Source: Octopus sinensis (lineage: Eukaryota). From it: a DNA stretch of 16,322 nt. The notes under the pieces were generated by a model. It searched no databases. It was not told the origin of the DNA and saw only the letters and a list, made by a program, of their open reading frames with translations. Location: NCBI RefSeq assembly GCF_006345805.1, contig NW_021825423.1, forward strand, positions 1 through 16,322. Direction: 5' to 3'. Position numbers and translations under genes: made by a program. Shown in pieces: positions 9,016 to 16,322 of the stretch. Position 1 is the first letter of the stretch. Each line of letters opens with the position of its first letter.

Positions 9016-9416
9016 AAGGTGGCAAGCTGGCAGAAGCGTTAGTACGCCGAGCAAAATGCTTTGCGGCATTTTGTCTGCCGCTACGTTCTGAGTTCAAATT
9101 CCGCCGAGGTCGACTTTACCTTTCTTCCTTTCGGGGTCGATTAAATAAGTACCAGTTACGCACTGGGGTCGATATAATCGACTTAATCCATTTTTGTCTG
9201 TCATTGTTTGTCCCCTCTGTGTTTAGCCCCTTGTGGGTAGTAAAGAAATAGGCATTTCGTCTGCCGTTACGTTCTGAGTTCAAATACCGCTACGGTCGAC
9301 TTTGCCTTTCATCCTTCTCGAGATCGATAAAATAAATGCCAGTTAAATACTAGAGTCAATCGACTTGGCCCTTTCCAGAACCTCCTGGCCTTGTGCCAAA
9401 TTTTGAAACCAGTATT
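9016..9416 (+). mobile_element. SINE family B composite (mirror image of 8018-8418)
   Basis: AAGGTGGCAAGCTGGCAGAAGCGTTAG head, core, long tail to GAAATA (9250), restart at GGCATTTCGTCTGCC, second core and short tail. Confidence 0.9.
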
Positions 9417-9428
9417 ATAAACTTAGAT

Positions 9429-9631
9429 AAGACGGTGAACTGGCAGAATTGCTACCGCGCCGAGTAAAATGCTTAGCGGCATTTCATCCCGTCTTTACGT
9501 TCTGATTTCAAATTCTGTCGACGTCTACTATCCCGTTTATCATTTCGGGGTCGATAAAATAAGTACCAGTTTAGCACTGGAGTCGGTGTAATCGACTGTC
9601 CGCCTCCCCCAAACATTTAAAACCAATATTT
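9429..9631 (+). mobile_element. SINE family B, short-tail form
   Basis: AAGACGGTGAACTGGCAGAATT head, GGGGTCGATAAAATAAGTACCAG core, AAAACCAATATTT end. Confidence 0.85.
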
Positions 9632-10268
9632 ACATTGCTAATTATAATTTAATCACTTCCCACTTTGACATTAAACAACCACAGTAACCCTACCTTTACC
9701 CTTTAACACAATGACAGCGGAAACCCATCCCATCTCGTACTACCATTGTGCTGAAATGTTTACATGACTGAAGCGAGTGGTTGTTAATAATATTATCATT
9801 TTTTGGTCCATTAACTTCACCTTTTCAAGATGAAATACATTTTAATATTTACATCTAGATAAACATTCACAAACGTTATATCTTTAAAGATGAGGTTAAT
9901 AGACCGAAAATTGACGATTATTCTGCCTAAAGTTCATCGATATTCAGAGGCCACACCTAATTCCAAACACTAACACTTTCATACTCACAAATATTTCCCC
10001 TCCATCAACACAAATAACTATGTGGTTATTTGGCTTGCTAGAAATAGCAGCTAAAATGCCTTTCAGGTAATATTGTAGTATTGTAGTAAGGGAAGTAATC
10101 ATATCATAACGTTGTCGTACATGTTTCTAAAAAAAAATTTATAACTGTAAATAGATCATTATAGTTTGAATGATTGATCATAGGTTTGCTCCATCTTGGG
10201 CTAAACAAGAGCAACAGCAACAACAGTAGCAGCTACAGCATGAACAGCACAGCACCAGCAGCAACAGT

Positions 10269-10692
10269 GGAGGCGCAATGGCCCAATGGTTAGATCAGCG
10301 GACTCGCGGTCGGAGGATCGCGGTTTCGATTCCCAGACAGGGCGTTGTGTATGTTTATTGAGCGAAAACACCTAAAGCTCCACGAGGCTCCGGCAGGGGG
10401 TGGAGGAGACCCTTGTTGTACTCTTTCGCTCCAACTTTCTTTCACGCTTTCTTCCTGTTTCTTGTCCCCGACTTCCTACGCAACCGCTGAGCCTGGATGC
10501 GCATTCATCCATCCGTCGATGCTCTCGGTGTCGGGGGTTGACCTGCTTTCTCTTCTGCGACTCTTACGAATAGCAAAGGACCACGTTTCGGACTTCTCCC
10601 ACAAGGACGAAGACCGCTACGTCAACAGCAACAGCAACAACAGCAGCAGCAGCAACAACAACAACAACAACAAAAACAACAACAGTAACAAT
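10269..10692 (+). mobile_element. SINE family C: tRNA-Arg-like head, ~300-nt body, (CAA/CAG)n tail
   Basis: A-box TGGCCCAATGGT and B-box GGTTTCGATTCCC, with tRNA-Arg-like spacing but a mispaired anticodon stem. CAA/CAG repeats at 10622-10692. May be one of the described octopus OR1/OR2/OK SINEs (not checked). Confidence 0.8.
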
Positions 10693-11339
10693 ATTATCTT
10701 TGCAAAGCAGTTTTCATAATGATTTGGACATAATTACATTCAAGGAGAAATAATCTTCCGGTTCATAGAGATAATTAGAAACATTAAGCAATTATTTTAA
10801 CATCAAATAACAACAATTAATTATATTAGAAATGTTCCTAAATGTGTTATAATGTCCCATATTTTTCCGCAAAGTGCCATAATTTGTTATAGTGGGCACG
10901 ATAGTGCCACAACGTGCCAGCTTTCCTTCTTTTCTTTAGGCATTTTGACTTCGTTTTCAGTTGATTTCATGCACTAGCCTCCATTTCCCTGCTAGCTTTC
11001 AATAACGAAGTTTAGTATTAATCTTTCAAGGATATTCCATATGACTCACTGCATAACTTCCTGGTCTTTCAACATCTCCCGGCAGCTCTGTTGTTGCCTT
11101 GAGGATATTTTCTTCACGTTGCAACGGAGGATTGTTTCTCGAGTTGCCCTTAGTTTAATACTGTCTGATCACCATAGTTGTGAGCAATACTCCAGAGGTT
11201 GAAAACAATTGTTACCCTCAGAATATGAAGGCAAGCAAACTGAAGAAGACGAACTCAATACATAAAGTAGCTTTTATTTTCTTTATACGAAGCTAATTAT
11301 ACACCTTTTCACTACTCAGTTTCACATTATTCTAAATAG

Positions 11340-12140
11340 TTTTACAAAGCTTCTTTGCAAGTGAGAGATAACCCAAGTTAAAGGAAGGTGTAATATTCTC
11401 TATTTATAAAATAAAAACAAAATAGATGCTACAAATTACAGGCTTATCTCTCTGATTTTACGTATCAGCGAAGTCAGGGAACGAATTTACAGAGAGAAAC
11501 TGATAAGGTTCTTGGAAGAAAATGTCTTGCTTAAAATTCAGCGCGGCTTTCGCCCAGGAAGAATGTGATTTAGACATTTTGTTTTTCTTTTTATAGCATT
11601 ACGAATGGGAACTGAAACAGCAACTAAACTAGTCAAATGTGGACATGGTTTATCTGGATTGTGCGAAGGTCTATGATATAGTTGACCATGGAATGGGTTG
11701 CTACATATAGCTTGATTTCCGTGTAGTAGGGAAATTATATGAGGGGTTATATGACACATTAAGAAGCTGAATTCAGAGGGTCACAATCAGCAATATTCTC
11801 GCAAAAGAAAAAAATAATTCTGAGCAGAGTTCCACAAGCCATTGCTATTTGTAGGGACCTTAATTATATGAAGAACTACATTCACTAGCTATGCTAATGA
11901 TACAGAAGTTTTTCAGGTAATTAAAAACCCGTGTGATGTCACAAACTTATGTGATGTAATCTACAAGCTGACTGAAGAAAATAACATGAAATTTAATGCT
12001 GGAAGATGTGTACATCTCTATCAACATACCACAATCAGGAGGCGCAAAATCAGAGGAGTTGTGTGACACCTTCAACGCGTGGGATAAGTATGGTTAATGA
12101 AACATCCTTTCAAAACACATTACCAAGGCGGCAACGTTTT
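11340..12140 (+). pseudogene. Decayed non-LTR retrotransposon (CR1/L2-group) ORF2 reverse transcriptase fragment
   Basis: Frameshifted motifs in the expected order: DATNYRLISL...ERIYREKLIRFLEENVLLKIQRGFRPGR (11425-11562), VDMVYLDCAKVYDIVDHG (11639-11692), LSRVPQ (~11820-11837), YANDT (11890-11904, equivalent to YADD), NNMKFNAGRC (~11983-12012), GISMVNETSF. Confidence 0.9.
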
Positions 12141-12150
12141 TTGAGACTGC

Positions 12151-12278
12151 TATTTATTCTATCGGTCTTTTCTGCTGAACTGGTAGGTTACGGGAACGAA
12201 GACACACTAACACCGGTTGACCATCGGTGGTGGAGTACAGACACGGACAAACGGATGCACACACAAACACACACACAC

Positions 12279-12316
<38 letters not shown>

Positions 12317-12487
12317 GACGGTTTCTTTTTCAGTTTTCATTTACCAAATCCATTCACAAGGTTTTCATCAGCCCGAGGTTATTGTAGAAGACAGCTGAGC
12401 AAGGTGTAGCGCAGCTGGCAGTTGGATTGAACCTGGAACCGTGTGGTTCCCAAGAAAACTTCTTACCACACATCCACTCCTGCGCCT
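12151..12487 (-). mobile_element. SINE family A, near-complete, with internal (CA)n
   Basis: Head at 12487 (AGGCGCAGGAGTGGATGTGTGGTAAGAAG), internal microsatellite at 12256-12313, and 3' body matching 6600-6700. Confidence 0.88.
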
Positions 12488-13018
12488 ATTGATATTGATT
12501 ACATTTAAAATGAACTACAAGAAACTACACGGTGTAGATAAAAATATGTATATAGACAGGGAAAACGAACAAAACCATATTAAAGACCACACAAGAGAAA
12601 TTCTTGGTTTAAAGAAATTATCTTTAAAAGCGGCAATTGCAAGCGACTCCGATTGATAAGACAAGATTGTCTTCGAAATCATAAATTTTGAGGAACTAAT
12701 ATTTCATTTATGAAAAGACAGCATTTGTGTATGGTTTGTCAGGAGACAAAAGGACAGCTGTTAACATGATGACCTCAATAGATGTCGACAGCACATCCGC
12801 TGCCATAGCCGAACACCAGCAGATATAATAATTAAGTCTTATACCAAGATAATAGAGAATATTTATAGCGTAGGCTAATTTTCATAATTAAAATAGATTT
12901 AAGACTTATAATTCGAGGTGTCCGGTAGCTTAAATTTGGATTACAAAGAGGAATAAATCAATGTTAAATATCATATGTGATCAATTGAAATAACCTGTTT
13001 ATCTATTTCCCTTTTCCT

Positions 13019-13025
<7 letters not shown>

Positions 13026-13097
<72 letters not shown>

Positions 13098-13103
13098 TAT
13101 ATA
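13026..13103. repeat. (CT)n(AT)n compound microsatellite
   Basis: Directly visible. Confidence 0.95.
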
Positions 13104-13135
13104 ATCAAAATAAGCAACAAGGATATCCAAGGTAG

Positions 13136-13223
13136 TGTAGTACAATCGTTTCATACTACTTCATTTTATTAAACAATGTAAGTATTACATCAGTTTTAAA
13201 ATGTAGAGCAATCTTCAGCCACA
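13136..13223 (-). ncRNA. Type I hammerhead ribozyme fold HH4, intact core, long helix II
   Basis: Minus strand: UGUGG CUGAAGA U UGCUCUA CAUUUUA AAAC UG AUGUAA UAC UUACAU U GUUU AA UAAAAUG AAGU AGUA U GAAA CGAUUGU A CUACA. Helix I UGUGG/CUACA. Helix III ACGAUUGU is self-complementary with G.U pairs. Triplet GUA, predicted cut between 13141 and 13140. Confidence 0.8.
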
Positions 13224-13616
13224 TATAGAATTTTTTAATTAAAAAGACAATGTACTTTTTTAAATACGTATTTCATTTGCCAACATTACAAAGAGGGTAG
13301 ATGTATAGACACAGAGGTTAATTTCATCATTAAGAAAAAAGTAGTAGAGGGTACTTCCCCATCTGCGGATCTTTTATCATTGAGTTCACTTTGTTATTTC
13401 GATTTATCAATGGGGAGGGGTCTTTTTGTTTGGTTCAATGGAGACAAACAAGATTTTTTTCTATTTGTAGATAGAGGAAGGGGTAGTACAAATGTCAAAG
13501 CCATAAATCCTTTCTGAGGAATTTGACTTTGGCATATTTGAATGTACTTTAGGTAAAGTTAGTAGGCTGAAACTAGTGGGGTAAAGAGAATAGAGACTAT
13601 ATATATATATATATAT

Positions 13617-13657
<41 letters not shown>

Positions 13658-13670
13658 ATGTATCTGTAAA

Positions 13671-13824
13671 TGTGGATGTGTGGTAAAAAGTTTGTTTCCC
13701 AGCCACATGGTACCGGGTTCACTCCAACTGCTTGGCACCTTGGGCAAGTGTCTTCTTCTATAGACTCGGGCTAACAAAGGCCTTGTGAGTGGAAATGGTA
13801 GATGGAAACCGAAAGAAACCCGTC
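13671..13824 (+). mobile_element. SINE family A, 5' half (duplicate copy 1)
   Basis: GTGGATGTGTGGTAAAAAG...GGGTTCACTCC...GGCACCTTGGGCAAGTGTCTTC. The last motif recalls the CORE-SINE CCTTGGGCAAGT. Confidence 0.9.
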
Positions 13825-13844
13825 ACATATGTGTGGTTAAAAAA

Positions 13845-14209
13845 AGCGTAGAAGAAAAGGTTTGTGGAACAGCCAACCCTCGAACAGCCCACGTTCAGTT
13901 GTCCGTGCGAAAAGCAGGGAGTGCTGAGGTCCAAACCCACGACTTTCAACGACTGCCCCTGTGCTTTGTTGATGGGGACGTTTTGCATCGTGCTTATACA
14001 TATATATATATATATACAAATGCACGTTCCCACGGCTTTATCGATTGCATTCTCACCTGGAATCGATTTTTGTAATTTTTTCAAAACTTATACATGCCCT
14101 GATACCGTCAGTATCTACATATCAAATTTAAGCGCAATCGGATGGAGGATGTCCGACATCCTAGAAGACACACACACGCAGACAGACAGAACAGATTTTA
14201 TATAATAGA
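13845..14209 (-). mobile_element. Helitron deletion derivative: 5' terminus plus PIF1-helicase motif V/VI fragment (copy 1)
   Basis: The minus strand starts A|TCTATTATATAAAATCTGTTCTGTCTGTCTG (TC at 14209-14208). 13976-13857 encodes [40 protein letters not shown], matching the Helitron RepHel/PIF1 pattern TINKxQGQSL...FSHGQLYVAxSRV. Confidence 0.88.
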
Positions 14210-14253
14210 TACGCACACACGCACACACACACACACACACACACATGCACACA

Positions 14254-14337
<84 letters not shown>

Positions 14338-14349
14338 TATATATATATA

Positions 14350-14385
<36 letters not shown>

Positions 14386-14398
14386 ATGTATCTGTAAA

Positions 14399-14554
14399 TG
14401 TGGATGTGTGGTAAAAAGTTTGTTTCCCAGCCACATGGTACCGGGTTCACTCCAACTGCTTGGCACCTTGGGCAAGTGTCTTCTTCTATAGACTCGGGCT
14501 AACAAAGGCCTTGTGAGTGGAAATGGTAGATGGAAACCGAAAGAAGAACCCGTC
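14399..14554 (+). mobile_element. SINE family A, 5' half (duplicate copy 2)
   Basis: Duplicate of 13671-13824. Confidence 0.9.
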
Positions 14555-14574
14555 ACATATGTGTGGTTAAAAAA

Positions 14575-14937
14575 AGCGTAGAAGAAAAGGTTTGTGGAAC
14601 AGCCAACCCTCGAACAGCCCACGTTCAGTTGTCCGTGCGAAAAGCAGGGAGTGCTGAGGTCCAAACCCACGACTTTCAACGACTGCCCCTGTGCTTTGTT
14701 GATGGGGACGTTTTGCATCGTGCTTATACATATATATATATATATACAAATGCACGTTCCCACGGCTTTATCGATTGCATTCTCCCCTGGAATCGATTTT
14801 TGTAATTTTTTCAAAACTTATACATGCCCTGATACCGTCAGTATCTACATATCAAATTTAAGCGCAATCGGATGGAGGATGTCCGACATCCTAGAAGACA
14901 CACACACGCAGACAGACAGAACAGATTTTATAATAGA
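14575..14937 (-). mobile_element. Helitron deletion derivative (copy 2)
   Basis: TC terminus at 14937-14936. Same helicase peptide at 14706-14587. Confidence 0.88.
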
Positions 14938-15129
14938 TACGCACACACGCACACACCACACACACACACACATGCACACACACACATACACAACCACACA
15001 CACACACACACACACCACACACACACCACACAAATTATATATATATATATATATATAATATATATATACAAATATATATAAACAAATATATATATGTATG
15101 TAAATGTGTGTATATCCTTCTTATCATCT

Positions 15130-15160
15130 CTTCTTTTTTCTTCCCCCTCCCTCTCCGTCT

Positions 15161-15209
<49 letters not shown>

Positions 15210-15230
15210 AACTCTTTCTCTTTCTCCTTT
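15130..15230. repeat. (CT)n-rich microsatellite
   Basis: Directly visible. Confidence 0.9.
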
Positions 15231-15421
15231 TCACTTGTATTATTGTTATTATTATCTATACCAAGATTTAGCAGAAATTCTAGCTGGAATTTCACTGTAG
15301 CGAAAATGGCGTGTTTTATTGAGTGGAACACAACCAAAGACTCGAATACATAAATGCAGTAACGCTCACGCAGTCGCAGACACACATGAGCAAGCATATA
15401 CACATACACACATAACCCGCC

Positions 15422-15466
15422 CACACACACACACGCGCGCGCGCGCGCGTACACACACACACACAT
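15422..15466. repeat. (CA)6(CG)8TA(CA)7T perfectly alternating purine-pyrimidine tract
   Basis: Directly visible. Confidence 0.9.
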
Positions 15467-15546
15467 TCATATAAGCTTTTGAATATTTAAATTTATTTCA
15501 GTTCTTTCGTTTTGTGCGTAAAACATAAATGCATTTGTTGTGGACT

Positions 15547-15633
15547 GTCTCTCTTTCCCTCGCTCTCTCCTTCTGTCTCTCTCTCCTTTTCTCTCTCTCT
15601 TTCCCTCGCTCTCTCCTTCTGTCTCTCTCTCCT

Positions 15634-15682
<49 letters not shown>
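15547..15682. repeat. (CT)-rich tract with a 46-bp tandem duplication
   Basis: TTCCCTCGCTCTCTCCTTCTGTC starts at 15555 and 15601. Confidence 0.9.
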
Positions 15683-15686
<4 letters not shown>

Positions 15687-15714
15687 ATATTTATACTTTT
15701 ACATAAATATGTTT

Positions 15715-15794
15715 GTAAATATGTATATATGTATGCATACCTATCTGTCTGTCTATCTATCTATTTGTCTATCTATCTAGCTATATATATTATA

Positions 15795-15830
<36 letters not shown>

Positions 15831-16225
15831 TGTATGTATAGTATATATGTATTTAAATATATATATACATGCATGTGTGTGTGTACATATATATATATAT
15901 ACACATATACGTATGTATAAATATATATTATTTGTATATACATATATATATGTACACACACACATGCGTGTACATATATATATATATATACACATATATG
16001 TATATATAAATATATATTATTTGTATATACATATATGTGTGCATATATATATAATCGTACATATATATAAATATATATAGGCATGTATAAGCGAATATAT
16101 CTATAAATACACATACATATATATATATATATATACTCATGTAAATACATATACGAGTGTGTGTGTATGTATGTATGTTGGTGGATATATATGTGTGTAT
16201 GTATATATGTAGGTATGTATGCATC
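15715..16225. repeat. (TA)/(TG)/(TATG)/(TCTA) compound microsatellite with a ~89-bp higher-order repeat
   Basis: The TTTGTATATA block preceded by AAATATATATTA recurs at 15931 and 16020. Confidence 0.88.
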
Positions 16226-16322
16226 TATTAGTGTATTCATCAGTTTGCAATAAATGTAGAATTTTAATGTAAATCTTCTGGGATGCCAAATTGCCGGACG
16301 AAATCGATACGTATATATTTTT

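Larger units (their letters stand above)
13598..15060. repeat. Near-identical tandem duplication, period 728-730 bp, junctions in (TA)n
   Basis: TGTGGATGTG at 13671 and 14399. CGTCACATAT at 13821 and 14551. CTAGAAGACA at 14161 and 14891. Outside the microsatellites the only differences seen are a 2-bp indel (GAAAGAAACC/GAAAGAAGAACC), TCTCACC/TCTCCCC, and one TA. Confidence 0.95.

Noticed and set aside
8018-9631. CRISPR-like or prokaryotic repeat array
   Set aside because: The units are ~200-bp diverged tRNA-headed SINEs in both orientations, in eukaryotic context.
10010-10205. Possible additional decayed CAA-tailed repeat
   Set aside because: Suggested only by recall of similar octopus sequence. 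There is no second copy or diagnostic structure in the window.
10269-10345. Genuine tRNA gene
   Set aside because: The anticodon stem is mispaired, no acceptor stem is evident, and it continues into a SINE body and tail.
11020-11250. Possible exon on either strand (TTTCAAG acceptor on +, GTGAGT donor on -)
   Set aside because: No consistent open frame with both splice sites and no recognisable peptide. It may be LINE-adjacent decay.
13515-13550. CTGAGGA...GAATGTAC as a hammerhead (also minus-strand CTGAGGA at ~318, CTGATGA at ~12370 and ~16240, and plus-strand CTGAAGA at ~11240)
   Set aside because: GAAA and the helices are missing. These are chance 7-mers.
13565-13585. Minus-strand CACTAGT as the Helitron 3' end
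   Set aside because: There is no GC-rich hairpin upstream, and it is separated from the Helitron piece by a SINE and microsatellites.
14161-14814. 217-aa ORF as a functional helicase gene
   Set aside because: Only ~40 codons are PIF1-like. The rest reads through a SINE and microsatellites.

Overview
AT-rich, microsatellite-saturated eukaryotic intronic or intergenic DNA. The repeat families look like those of Octopus (inference from recalled repeats, no search run). No host exon can be supported. Nearly all ORFs in the track are translated microsatellites. Repeat content: three tRNA-headed SINE families, a decayed CR1-like LINE reverse transcriptase, a hAT MITE with a perfect 8-bp TSD, and a Helitron deletion derivative inside a ~730-bp tandem duplication. 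The main hidden signal is four sequence-unrelated type I hammerhead ribozyme folds (2089-2124 +, 3158-3202 +, 3906-3983 -, 13136-13223 -). Each has a self-complementary helix III, as in Penelope/retrozyme dimeric hammerheads, and each runs into a (TA)n tract. Two have very long helix II arms, and two have non-canonical core bases. Also notable are a 194-bp near-perfect hairpin (2290-2483) and a ~1.4-kb concentric inverted SINE array centred on ~8718.
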